Positions 9,325 to 18,477 of a DNA stretch of 64,000 nucleotides are shown here, in pieces. Position 1 is the first letter of the stretch. Each line of letters opens with the position of its first letter. The notes under the pieces were generated by a model, which saw only the letters and a list, made by a program, of their open reading frames with translations, did not search any database and was not told where the DNA came from. Made by a program: the position numbers and the translations under genes. Source of the DNA: Polyangiales bacterium. Lineage in GTDB: Bacteria; Myxococcota_A; Polyangia; Polyangiales; Polyangiaceae. The DNA lies in assembly GCA_038230375.1 (NCBI GenBank), contig JBBRNJ010000017.1, positions 1 to 64,000 on the forward strand. Reading direction: 5' to 3'.

Positions 9325-9498
9325 CTGATTAATGTCCTCGCTCGCATCGGGAGAGTTCACCCTTCGGGCCAACAAGAAAGCGCAGTCATCTCGCGGAATA
9401 AGGTTTCCAGGACGTGTCCCACCCGCCACACCCCGCGGCAAGGAAAGGTCATGCAACACGGGACCTAACAGGGAAGGCCGCAAAGGGTCAACTTTGCG

Positions 9499-9600
9499 AC
9501 AACCAACAACAACAACCTCGACATCGACCTCGACCTCGACATCGACCTCGACGACGACGACGACGACGACGACGACAACTTCGTCAACGACAACGACCGC
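9499..9600 (+). repeat. Compound (CAA)n-(TCGACM)n-(ACG)n low-complexity array
   Basis: Read directly in the intergenic region between ddl and the phosphatase gene. Confidence 0.9.
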
Positions 9601-9710
9601 AACGAGCGAAGCACAAACGCAAATGCGTTAGAGCAACCGCCTCAAGCCCGCATCCCTTCGTGCAAAGCACGAAGTTGGCGATAGCCAAGGCAGGGGAGGC
9701 TCGGCAGCGG

Positions 9711-9791
9711 AGCTGACGAGGGGGTCGTTAGACCCCGCGCGACGAAAGGCGCAGCCGCAGCTGACGAGGGGGTCGTTAGACCCCGCGCGAC
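9711..9791. repeat. Two identical 33-bp REP-like units, each with a GGGGTC-GTTA-GACCCC hairpin
   Basis: agctgacgagggggtcgttagaccccgcgcgac at 9711-9743 and 9759-9791. Confidence 0.85.
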
Positions 9792-9842
9792 AAAACCAGC
9801 GGTGGCACAGCGAGCGACACGTTTACGAGCAGGCCCTCCGGG

Positions 9843-10637
9843 CTATTCGATTTCCATCAGCACTGCGGTGATGTTGTCTTTGCCGCCGCGCTCGTTGGCC
9901 AGGTCGATGAACTTCTGGACCGTGGACTGGGCTCCGAGCGCCATGATGGGCGCTATGTCGGAGTCGCGGAGGTAGCCGTGGAGACCGTCGCTGCAGAGGA
10001 GGAACTTGTCGCCTGGGTGGAGCTTCACGAGGCCGGTGTCGACCTGCACGTAGTCCCTGTTTCCTACCGCGCGCGTGATCACATTTCTGTGAGGTGACTT
10101 CTTCGCTTCTTGCGGCGTGATGAGGCCCTGCTTCAACTGCCAGGCGATAAGCGTGTGATCTTCCGTGAGCTGTTCGGCCTTGCCCTGATGCACGCGATAG
10201 ATGCGGCTGTCACCGACCTGCGCGGTCACGGCGTACTCACCAAGAACCAGAAGCGCGCTGAGCGTGGTGCCCATGCCGCTCTTCGACTTGTCCATCTCCG
10301 CCATGGAGAAGACCATGTACGTGGCTGCCTGGATGGAGCTCTCCATCAGGCGACATGCCGCGTGCGCGTCCTCTTCGACGACCGGGTCCGCGAGCTCGTG
10401 CAGGTTGCCGATGCCGCGCTTCACCATGCCGTAGACGGTCTCGACCGCCTCCTGGCTGGCGATCTCTCCGGCAGCGTGGCCGCCCATGCCGTCTCCGACG
10501 ATGTACAAACCAAGCCTGTCATCGAAGAAGTACGCGTCTTCATTCGACTGGCGCTTCCGACCTACGTCGGAAAGTCCGGTGCCGATTCTCCGCAGAGGTG
10601 CACCCATGGTTGGGCCGGGCTCAGAAGGCTGCATCAA
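9843..10637 (-). CDS. PP2C/PPM family Ser/Thr phosphatase
   Basis: GRKRQSNED, DGMGGHAAGEIAS, MGTT, VGDSR, LLCSDGL, GGKDNIT. Confidence 0.93.
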   Translation of the reverse strand: MMQPSEPGPTMGAPLRRIGTGLSDVGRKRQSNEDAYFFDDRLGLYIVGDGMGGHAAGEIASQEAVETVYGMVKRGIGNLHELADPVVEEDAHAACRLMESSIQAATYMVFSMAEMDKSKSGMGTTLSALLVLGEYAVTAQVGDSRIYRVHQGKAEQLTEDHTLIAWQLKQGLITPQEAKKSPHRNVITRAVGNRDYVQVDTGLVKLHPGDKFLLCSDGLHGYLRDSDIAPIMALGAQSTVQKFIDLANERGGKDNITAVLMEIE

Positions 10638-10804
10638 CGTCTCTAGCTACAGGCCTCAGCGTAGAGCCTTTCTTCAGGGACTGGAACGCCGGAAGCTCGT
10701 CGCTCATGGAACAATGACGCGAGAGGCGGCTCCCGGGCGGGAACGGGGGCCGAATAGGCCATTTTTCGAGCGGTGCACGCCGCGCTTGTATAAGGTACCA
10801 GGCC

Positions 10805-12790
10805 GTGTCCAAGGGTGCATTTTCACAGCTTCCCGGGGGCAAGGCAAAGATCGGGGGGGCCGAGCTCGTGCTCGCCATGGTCGTGATCGCCATCGTGGCG
10901 ATGATGATCGTGCCGCTCCCCACCCATCTTCTCGACCTGCTCCTGGCGACCAACCTGTCGCTCGCGGTGGCGATCCTGCTGGTCGTGCTCTACGTGCCGG
11001 ATGCGCTGGGCATCGCCACGTTCCCCACCCTGCTGCTGCTCACCACCCTGTTCAGGCTCGCGCTGAACGTATCGTCCACGCGCCTCATCCTCCTCCAGGC
11101 GGACGCCGGCGACGTCATCCACGCGTTCGGCGCGTTCGTGGTGCGCGGCAACTACGTGGTGGGCGCGGTCGTCTTCCTCATCCTCACCATCATCCAGTTC
11201 ATCGTCATCGCGAAGGGCGGCGAGCGCGTCGCAGAGGTGGCCGCCCGCTTCGTCCTGGATGCCATGCCCGGCAAGCAGATGGCCATCGACGCCGAGCTCC
11301 GCGCAGGCACCATCGACGGCAACGAGGCACGCCGCCGCCGCCGCTCGCTCGCGCGCGAGAGCCAGTTCTACGGCTCCATGGATGGCGCCATGAAGTTCGT
11401 GAAGGGCGACGTCATCGCGTCGCTCGTGATCACCATCATCAACATCCTGGCCGGTCTCGCTATTGGCGTGGGCCAGCACGGCATGCCCGCGGTGGACGCC
11501 CTCAAGAAGTACGGGCTGCTCACCATCGGTGACGGGCTCGTGTCGCAGATCCCCGCGCTCGTCCTCTCCACGGCAGCAGGCGTGCTCGTGACGCGCACCG
11601 CGAGTGAGGAGCCCGACACTCCGCTCGGCGAAGAGCTGTCGCGTCAGCTGTTCGGCATGCCGAAGGCGCTCCGCGTGGCGGCGGGGTTCGTGTTCCTGCT
11701 GGCGCTCGTGCCGGGGCTGCCTGCGCTGCCGTTCATCGTGATCGCCGCGGCGCTGCTCCTGATCGCGCGTGCGCGGAGCAAGGCGATGACCCGCGACGAC
11801 GAGCGCGCGGCAGTGGAGCCCACGCAGAAGGCCCTGCAAGCCGGACACGGGCGCGCGGGCCCGGCGTTCGTGCCGATGGTGGTGCCGTGGTCCATCGACC
11901 TGTCGGCGTCGCTCGAAGAGTTCCTGGACGACAAGAGCGATCGCAAGGACGAGACACCGGGTCTGCGCGGACGCATCACGGGGCTGCGCGAGCAGATCTT
12001 CGCGGAGCTCGGCGTGCCCCTGCCCGCCCCGCGCGTCCGCGTCGCGCCCAACCTGTCGGACCGCACGTTCGCGCTCTCGCTCTTCGAAGTCCCTGCGCGC
12101 GTCGTCGAGGTTCCCAAGGAGGTCGCGGATGCGGACGTCGCGACGTTCGTCCTGGAGCGGACCGCGGAGCTGCTCCGCTCGCGCGCGGCAGATTTTCTCG
12201 GCCTCTCCGAGACGCAGCGCCTGCTCGACGAGCTGGAGCAGTTCGCGCCCGCGGTGGTCCGCAACGTGGTGCCGAAGCCCGTGACGCTCACGCTCCTCAC
12301 GGACATCCTCCGTCGCCTGGTCGAGGAGGGCGTCTCCATCCGCGACATGCGCGCGATCCTGGAGAACCTTGCCACGCTCGCCGCCACGGAGAAGGATGCT
12401 CTCAACCTGAGCGAGCAGCTGCGCGCGCAGATGCGCCGCGCCGTCACGCACAAGCTCACGCGCGGACAACACCAGCTCGGCGTGATCACGCTGGACCCGC
12501 TCATCGAGGACACCGTGCGCCGCGCAGTCACACGAACGCCCGCGGGCGCATTCCTCACGCTCGCGCCCGCCGCGGGCCGCGACATCATCCTTGCCGTGAA
12601 GCGAGCCGTGACGGAGTCCGCGCAGCCCCCGCACCACGTCGTGATCCTCACGCAGCCAGACATCCGCCGCTTCGTGAAGAAGATGGTGGAGAGCGAGCTC
12701 CCGGGAGTCACGGTCACGAGCTACGCAGAGCTACTCCCAGAGGTCGCGCTGAGGCCGCTCGCGCGCGCCAACCTCGCAGGCATCGGGTAG
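10805..12790 (+). CDS. sctV: Type III secretion export gate, FHIPEP family (SctV/FlhA)
   Basis: FPTLLLLTTLFRLALNVSSTRLIL, KGGERVAEVAARFVLDAMPGKQM, FYGSMDGAMKFVKGD, IGDGLVSQIP, VSIRDMRAILE. The GAMKF variant favours non-flagellar SctV over FlhA (GASKF). Confidence 0.88.
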   Translation: MSKGAFSQLPGGKAKIGGAELVLAMVVIAIVAMMIVPLPTHLLDLLLATNLSLAVAILLVVLYVPDALGIATFPTLLLLTTLFRLALNVSSTRLILLQADAGDVIHAFGAFVVRGNYVVGAVVFLILTIIQFIVIAKGGERVAEVAARFVLDAMPGKQMAIDAELRAGTIDGNEARRRRRSLARESQFYGSMDGAMKFVKGDVIASLVITIINILAGLAIGVGQHGMPAVDALKKYGLLTIGDGLVSQIPALVLSTAAGVLVTRTASEEPDTPLGEELSRQLFGMPKALRVAAGFVFLLALVPGLPALPFIVIAAALLLIARARSKAMTRDDERAAVEPTQKALQAGHGRAGPAFVPMVVPWSIDLSASLEEFLDDKSDRKDETPGLRGRITGLREQIFAELGVPLPAPRVRVAPNLSDRTFALSLFEVPARVVEVPKEVADADVATFVLERTAELLRSRAADFLGLSETQRLLDELEQFAPAVVRNVVPKPVTLTLLTDILRRLVEEGVSIRDMRAILENLATLAATEKDALNLSEQLRAQMRRAVTHKLTRGQHQLGVITLDPLIEDTVRRAVTRTPAGAFLTLAPAAGRDIILAVKRAVTESAQPPHHVVILTQPDIRRFVKKMVESELPGVTVTSYAELLPEVALRPLARANLAGIG

Positions 12791-13090
12791 CAGCGCAGGG
12801 CACCTGCGACGCCGCACTGACGCCGGGCGTTGCCCGTTTGCTTGGCGTTGCGACGAAGTTCACGGTCATCCGTGTTGAGCGACGTTGCGGACCACGTCGC
12901 GGTAGGACCTCGACGCTCAGAGCAGGCAGGTCCAGATCGCGCCAGAGTCAAATCGCTTCCGTCGCTGATTCGAGGGCGGAAGCACCGCTCGCCGACGTGA
13001 GCGGCAATAGCCGGAATGGGCCGGTGCTCTCTCATGCGAGACTGGAGACCGCCTTCGTTGTGCGGCATTTGCGGATGCTACGCTGAGGAC

Positions 13091-13810
13091 ATGAAATGGC
13101 TTCTTTCCAGCGCTCGCTCGTCGCATCCCCTCGTTCGCGCTCGGTGGCTGCTCGGCATCGCGAGCATCGGCAGTGCACTGGGGCTGACTGCGATCGCCTG
13201 CGGTCAGTCGCAGACGAGTGCCCAGCCGGCCACTGGTAGCGAGCGTGGCGCGTGCTTTCCCAACAATACCTGCCTCGCTGGTCTCACGTGCCTCTCCGAC
13301 CTGTGCGTGAACGATCCTGCGCGGTCCGACACAACCGACGGTAGCGTCGATGCGGGTCCGACGCCTGACGCAGGTCCTCCGGGACCAGGCACCGATGCCA
13401 ACTGTGGAACGATCCCGACGTTCACCAGCGCGTGCTTTGCACAAGGACACAACGCGTGTCCCGACGGAACCTGCGTCGACTACGTGGAGGCGGGCTGCCC
13501 ACCAATCGTGGACTTCACTGGCGGGTGGCCGCTGCGATGCGGCGCCGACGTTGACTGCCTCGAGGGCGGCACCTGCTGCGCTGGCGCGTCTGGCAACGGC
13601 GAGCCGATGGTCAGCGCATCCAACCGCTGCATGGTCGACAACACCCCAGGGGTCAGCTTCTATTCGCGCGCCACGCACTGCGATACGAACGGCACCTGCC
13701 AGGCCAACGTCTGCCGCAGCGATCTGGATTGTTTCGGCGGCCGCCACTGCGCGATCATGTACCTCACGAACGACCCCAAGGGCCCGGGCGTAGGCGCCTG
13801 CGTGAAGTAA
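13091..13810 (+). CDS. Cys-rich putative lipoprotein
   Basis: Signal with TAIAC lipobox-like motif, about 20 Cys, DAG-containing linker. Confidence 0.7.
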   Translation: MKWLLSSARSSHPLVRARWLLGIASIGSALGLTAIACGQSQTSAQPATGSERGACFPNNTCLAGLTCLSDLCVNDPARSDTTDGSVDAGPTPDAGPPGPGTDANCGTIPTFTSACFAQGHNACPDGTCVDYVEAGCPPIVDFTGGWPLRCGADVDCLEGGTCCAGASGNGEPMVSASNRCMVDNTPGVSFYSRATHCDTNGTCQANVCRSDLDCFGGRHCAIMYLTNDPKGPGVGACVK

Positions 13811-13815
13811 CCTCG

Positions 13816-14787
13816 ATGGATCCCCCCAATCACGTTCGCCTCTTGACCCGCCGTGGCGCCGTTGCGGCAGCGGGCGGCGCGACGATCGCAGTCTCGCTCG
13901 CGCTCCTCCATGCGGGATGCTCGACGGACGTTGCGGGGCCCGCCAATGGGGCCGACGGGGTCGCGGACGCGAGCGACGCTGCCAGCGCGAACCCGCTCAA
14001 GAAGGGCCAGATCTTGATGACAACGGGACCTGGGGGGTCGCTCCGGTGGGACACGTTTGTGTCGTTTACCGACGCGACCCCGATAGCCGACGCCAAAGCA
14101 TTTTGCGTGTCATCCCAGGTTGGGCCGTGCCTCGTCACGACCTGCGGCAACGCACCGCACCCCACGCAGACCACGCCCATTTCTGTGGTCACGATCACCT
14201 CCACGGATCGCAGCGCCGGCCCCCCCACAGAAGCAAACATCAACTTCGCGCCCAGCGAGCCGCGAGCACGAACGGACACCGCCTATGCAAGCTCCGGCAT
14301 CTTCCGGGCGGATCCTGGCACGGCCGTGCATGTGAACGCGCAGGCAGGCGCCATCCCAGCGTTCTCGGTGGACCTGATGATGCCCATGCTGATCAGGCTC
14401 ACGGCTCCGGTGGGCTGCGTCGATGGTGGCAATGGCCGCTGCCTCGCTGCCCGAACGGAACCGCTGCCAATATCGTGGAGCGGCGGCCCGAGCGAGACAG
14501 TTCAAGTCCATCTGAGAGCCAGCGACGATGGCTGCATCAGAAATACTTTCGACACCAGTGACGACTACACCTGCCCCCTTCAGGTACCCACCGCCATCTG
14601 CACGTTCGACGCGGCGTCGCACAGCGCCTCAATCCCGGTGGAGGCCCTCCAGCAATATGGTTGGGCGAACGCGACTGTGACAATCGTCGCAACGAACACG
14701 CGCCGATTCGTTGATGGCGACTACGCCGTCGAGGTGACGGCTGCGACGAACGGGACCGACCGGTACCTCGTGGTGTTCGCCCCGTGA
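13816..14787 (+). CDS. Putative lipoprotein, Cys-containing, beta-rich
   Basis: TRR then hydrophobic segment ending LHAGC; starts 5 nt after the previous stop. Confidence 0.65.
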   Translation: MDPPNHVRLLTRRGAVAAAGGATIAVSLALLHAGCSTDVAGPANGADGVADASDAASANPLKKGQILMTTGPGGSLRWDTFVSFTDATPIADAKAFCVSSQVGPCLVTTCGNAPHPTQTTPISVVTITSTDRSAGPPTEANINFAPSEPRARTDTAYASSGIFRADPGTAVHVNAQAGAIPAFSVDLMMPMLIRLTAPVGCVDGGNGRCLAARTEPLPISWSGGPSETVQVHLRASDDGCIRNTFDTSDDYTCPLQVPTAICTFDAASHSASIPVEALQQYGWANATVTIVATNTRRFVDGDYAVEVTAATNGTDRYLVVFAP

Positions 14788-14927
14788 GTGGTCATCGGAG
14801 AGGCGTTGAGCAGGAGAGACGAGCAGCCATGTCCCTCTGGCACGAACCCACGAGCCGCGAAACGTCGCCTTGCGATGCGGATCGATTCATTGACGGCATG
14901 GCGTTGAGGCGGCCACATTTGGAGGCG

Positions 14928-15635
14928 ATGAGAAGATTGCGGTGGAGACTCATTTTCGCGGGGTGCATCGCTCTCGTCGTCGCCGGCTGCCGCACCGCCC
15001 CAGATGGCGCGCCAGTCGGCGCACCGTGCGATTGCTTCAATCAAGCCGAGGCTGGACCCGTCCCCGACAGCGCCGGCGCGTGTCCTCTCCAGGTCAACCT
15101 GGACGCAGTTCGAAAGGTCCACCCTCCGAAGCCCAACACGCGCGGGTCGTGCACCAACGCCGAGCTCGCGCTCGTGGGTGGTCCTTTCGCCGACGTCCTC
15201 GCAGGCGTCAGCGCGACGTGCGCGGGCTGCCTCTTCTCCGAGGCCGCGGATACTACGAACTCCCAGTTCTTCATCTGGACCGACGGCACTCACACGGCCG
15301 CGGTGGTGAATGCCGGCGCGTGCTTCGGTTCACCGTATTCAGGCGGCAACGCGGACTGCGGCCTTGGAGCCGAGGAGCAACAGTCCTGCCTGGACGCCGC
15401 ATGTCCGAGGGACACGATTGGCAACACGACGTGCCCTGGCCTCACGAACGACGAGTGCGTCGCCGGTGCGCTCGCTGGAGATTGCGAGCGATACAGGGAC
15501 CAGAAGATCACGAACTGCGGCGGGTTGTCTGCGCTCGCGGGCGTCCAGAGCATGTGCTTCGACTCCGGCGGAAGCCCCGCCCGCGGCGTGATGTTGTTGT
15601 GTGGCGGCGCAGTCAGCGACGCGGGCAGCGACTGA
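14928..15635 (+). CDS. Cys-rich putative lipoprotein
   Basis: GGAGG upstream, MRRLRWRLIFAGCIALVVAGC lipobox, about 15 Cys. Confidence 0.68.
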   Translation: MRRLRWRLIFAGCIALVVAGCRTAPDGAPVGAPCDCFNQAEAGPVPDSAGACPLQVNLDAVRKVHPPKPNTRGSCTNAELALVGGPFADVLAGVSATCAGCLFSEAADTTNSQFFIWTDGTHTAAVVNAGACFGSPYSGGNADCGLGAEEQQSCLDAACPRDTIGNTTCPGLTNDECVAGALAGDCERYRDQKITNCGGLSALAGVQSMCFDSGGSPARGVMLLCGGAVSDAGSD

Positions 15636-15702
15636 CGCGCCGCTTTCTGCCCTTCACCGTTTGATGCCTTCATGCGATCTTCGCGATGGGAGGACGACAC
15701 GG

Positions 15703-15852
15703 ATGACCACGAAGAAGGCACGCGGGCGAAAGACGGCGAAGGGCAAGAAGGGCCCTGCCCTTGTGACGGTGAAGGTCGACGCGGGGTTGAAGAAGCGGTG
15801 GGACGCGCTGTCGAAGGTCGTGCAGCACGCACGACACGCAGGCGCCGAGTAA
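15703..15852 (+). pseudogene. Short Lys-rich ORF, probable truncated gene remnant
   Basis: Good RBS (GGGAGG) and GC3-rich codons (MTTKKARGRKTAKGKKGPALVTVKVDAGLKKRWDAL...), ending at TAA after 49 aa. Confidence 0.4.
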
Positions 15853-15948
15853 TGGCGGCGGCCGACGCCGCCTGCGCCTCACCGCCGCGCTGCGAACGAG
15901 ACGTCGCTCGGCGCGAGCGTGAGTCCTTCGATGACGATGCCCGCTCGA

Positions 15949-16869
15949 TCAGTCCACGACCATCAGCTCGGTCAGCACGGCGACGGCATTGCCGATGGGG
16001 CGCGGCATCACCACGCCTGCGCGCGCGGTGGTCACGAGGCTCCGGGCGAGCGCGAAGGCCTCGTCGAGCTCGCCCGCGTGGACCAGCGTCGACTCGGAGG
16101 CCTGCTTCGGGAAGCGCGAGGGCGCGGGGATGCGCTCGTTGTCGCACGCGCGGTGCACGCCGTCGGGGCGCACCGAGCACACGATCTGGAGCGGACTGTA
16201 CGCAACCACGCGGCCGTCGCCACGCGACCACCACGCGAACCACACGTCGCCCGAGTTCGACACGAAGACGCGCTCTGCGCCGCGCGCCTCGAGCATCCCG
16301 GTGAGCGCGTCGTCCGCCATGAGGGGCGCGCGAGACATCTTGCCCGCGGCCTCGGGGATGACGTGGATGCGCTGCTTCGCCGACGGATCGATCGCGCCGG
16401 GGATGTCCGCCGAGGCGACGACGTATGCGGTGGCTGACTCCCACGAGTCTGTCATGGGCACCGGGCCTTCGCGGTTCCACGCCGTCTCCTCGTCTCCTTC
16501 CCAGGAGAGGAGGAGCGCCGCATAGCGCGTGGGGTCGGCCTGGTAGAGATCCTGACAGAGTGGAGCCTCGAGCCCTCCCTCGAAGAAGAGCTCCGCGCCG
16601 GGCGCGATCGCCTTCCCCTCCGAGCCGGCCATCTTGCCCAGGCTCGTGACGGCGGGGCCGGGCGCCGGCTTGCCCTCCACCGGCGGCTGCTTCTCCGGCC
16701 ACACCTCGAGGGTGAGCTCCACGGCGTTGAGCGTCTGCGCGAGCTTGCCGCCTCGTACGACAGTCCGCACGGGCAGCTTCGCGCCGCTCGTCACGATGGG
16801 CGAAGAAAGAAGCTCGATCTTCGCGCCGCCAATACCAACACTCGCCTTGATCTTGTCGAAAAAACCCAT
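15949..16869 (-). CDS. Spo0M (SpoOM)-like N-terminal domain protein
   Basis: N-terminus MGFFDKIKASVGIGGAKIEL, VRGG..Q and ASADIPGAIDP resemble the Spo0M family; the C-terminal part is unrecognised. Confidence 0.6.
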   Translation of the reverse strand: MGFFDKIKASVGIGGAKIELLSSPIVTSGAKLPVRTVVRGGKLAQTLNAVELTLEVWPEKQPPVEGKPAPGPAVTSLGKMAGSEGKAIAPGAELFFEGGLEAPLCQDLYQADPTRYAALLLSWEGDEETAWNREGPVPMTDSWESATAYVVASADIPGAIDPSAKQRIHVIPEAAGKMSRAPLMADDALTGMLEARGAERVFVSNSGDVWFAWWSRGDGRVVAYSPLQIVCSVRPDGVHRACDNERIPAPSRFPKQASESTLVHAGELDEAFALARSLVTTARAGVVMPRPIGNAVAVLTELMVVD

Positions 16870-17062
16870 GCGCGCCATCGAGCAAGGCACGTGCCGCGTG
16901 ATTCACGCGACACGGGTCATGGGATCTCGGAAATTTCGCGAGGATGTGCCCGTCGGTCGGAAAGATCATTCCGGGGTGGCGTCGGACGCCGGACTCGGCG
17001 GCATCTCGCTCGGTGTGCCTTGGTGCGTGGAGCTCACGCGCTATGATCTGCCACACGAAGAG

Positions 17063-18022
17063 ATGGCGAAGCGATCCCGTAAACGTACGGTCATGGCCGC
17101 AACGCCGCTGCTGCTGGCCGTGGTGCTCGGCGCCTGCGGTCCATCGTCGCGTGCGCCCGTGGAGCCCGCGACTCTCCCTTCCACGCCTCCGCCGCCTAGG
17201 AGCGCTAGCCAGTCGCGCGCCAAGTCTCCTCCTCCAGCATCCGATCCGCTCGTCGCCTGCACCAGCGGTGATGCGCACTTCGCGGATGAGCGGCGAGCGG
17301 CGAAGTCGCTCACGGAGGAGCAGCAGCGCGCCATCACGGACGCGTTTGACTTCATGCGCGTTCACCGCGACGCGCCCGAACGCGAGGTCAGGGCGCAGCT
17401 CGCGGAGAAGGCGTTTCTCCGTGCGCGCACCCTGTTCGAGGCGAATCACTTTGGCGAGGCAGCCGTCGCGTTTCGCGCGATTGCCGTGGACCACGCGGAC
17501 ATCGACACGGGCCTGCATGCGTCGCAGCTCTTCCTGGAGTCGCTCAACGTCCTTGGCTCCAACGCGGAGCCTGCGCGCACGACCTGCTATGACGTGATGG
17601 CGCGCGATGTTCCCGTGCTGATCGGGCTGTACTGCGACGACAGGTCGCGCCCCGTGGGCAGCGAGCGCTCGAGCACGTGCGCCCTTCTTCGCAAGATCCA
17701 GCGAGACCTGGATCGACTCGAGGCGCAGAAGCTCGTCCAGCGCGCCGACAAGGTCCTTGGCGGCGACACGGCACTCTACGAGCAGGGAGGAGATGCGTAT
17801 CTGCTCCTGGCGCAACACTGCATCACCGACGCCCGCGCGGCGCACGTCGCGCCCACGGCCGATCGCTGCGACGAGCTCGCGTACAACGCCGGCCGCGCGT
17901 TCATGGCTGCAAAGAAGCCGGACCGGGCGCGAGACGCCGCGCGGTTCATGGTGGAGCCCACGAACGGGCTCGCGGGAAGCCCGCTCACGGCGAAGCTCGT
18001 GAAGCTGGTGAGGGAGCTTTGA
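17063..18022 (+). CDS. Putative lipoprotein with a TPR-like helical domain, paralogous to an internal part of the 32507-36160 protein
   Basis: VLGAC lipobox, Pro/Ser linker; RARTLFEANHF..AFRAIA..SQLFLESLN..EPAR..C..LYC..LYEQGG..RCDELAYNAGRA aligns by eye with the large TPR protein. Confidence 0.75.
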   Translation: MAKRSRKRTVMAATPLLLAVVLGACGPSSRAPVEPATLPSTPPPPRSASQSRAKSPPPASDPLVACTSGDAHFADERRAAKSLTEEQQRAITDAFDFMRVHRDAPEREVRAQLAEKAFLRARTLFEANHFGEAAVAFRAIAVDHADIDTGLHASQLFLESLNVLGSNAEPARTTCYDVMARDVPVLIGLYCDDRSRPVGSERSSTCALLRKIQRDLDRLEAQKLVQRADKVLGGDTALYEQGGDAYLLLAQHCITDARAAHVAPTADRCDELAYNAGRAFMAAKKPDRARDAARFMVEPTNGLAGSPLTAKLVKLVREL

Positions 18023-18058
18023 GAGGCCGTCGAAGAAGCGGTAGCGGGCCACCGCCTC

Positions 18059-18120
18059 GACGCCACGCATGGCGGCGTGTGACGCCACGCATGGCGGCGT
18101 GTGACGCCACGCATGGCGGC
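18059..18120. repeat. 22-bp tandem repeat, about 2.8 copies (GACGCCACGCATGGCGGCGTGT)
   Basis: Units at 18059, 18081 and 18103 (partial), between convergent stops. Confidence 0.9.
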
Positions 18121-18123
18121 CGG

Positions 18124-18477
18124 TCACGTGGCTTCGCGGCGGGCTCGCAAGAGGAGGCTGGCAAGATTTTCAGCCGTGGACACCGCATCGAGGTAGTCGC
18201 TATCGAGATCGCGTCCCACGCCGCGCAGCACCGAGAGTATGTCGCGCCACTGTCGGTCGGAGGCCTCGCCGCCGATCTGAAACGAGCGAAGCTTCTGCAT
18301 CACCACGTCCTCGGGCCCGAGTACAGGTACGGCGCTCATGCCCGGGAAGATGTCCAGCTTCACGCGTCGATCGAGCTGTCCAGCGCCCAACCGGCCCGCC
18401 GCAGGAATGAAGATGTCGAGCTTGATGAAGCTTCGCTTGTCGATGACGTTGAAGCAGCTCCTTCTTCGCGCCCAGTT
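18124..18477 (-). pseudogene. C-terminal fragment of a nucleotidyltransferase-like protein
   Basis: Frame reads ARRRSCFNVIDKRSFIKLDIFIP...PEDVVMQKLRSFQIGGEASDRQWRDILSVLR..LDSDYL; in-frame TAG at about 18478-18480 upstream and no N-terminal half. Confidence 0.6.

Noticed and set aside
9711..9791. Possible mini-CRISPR array
   Set aside because: Only two repeats, a 15-bp spacer and no cas genes; treated as REP-like.
18059..18120. Tandem repeat as a CRISPR array or att site
   Set aside because: The units are contiguous with no spacers, and no integrase is nearby.
15290..18127. 945-aa minus-strand ORF and similar long Arg/Ala-rich ORFs (e.g. 10823..12637, 23601..25598, 26120..28318, 39458..41932, 42567..44597, 52352..54262)
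   Set aside because: They are off-frame or antisense shadows of well-supported genes, as expected in high-GC DNA.
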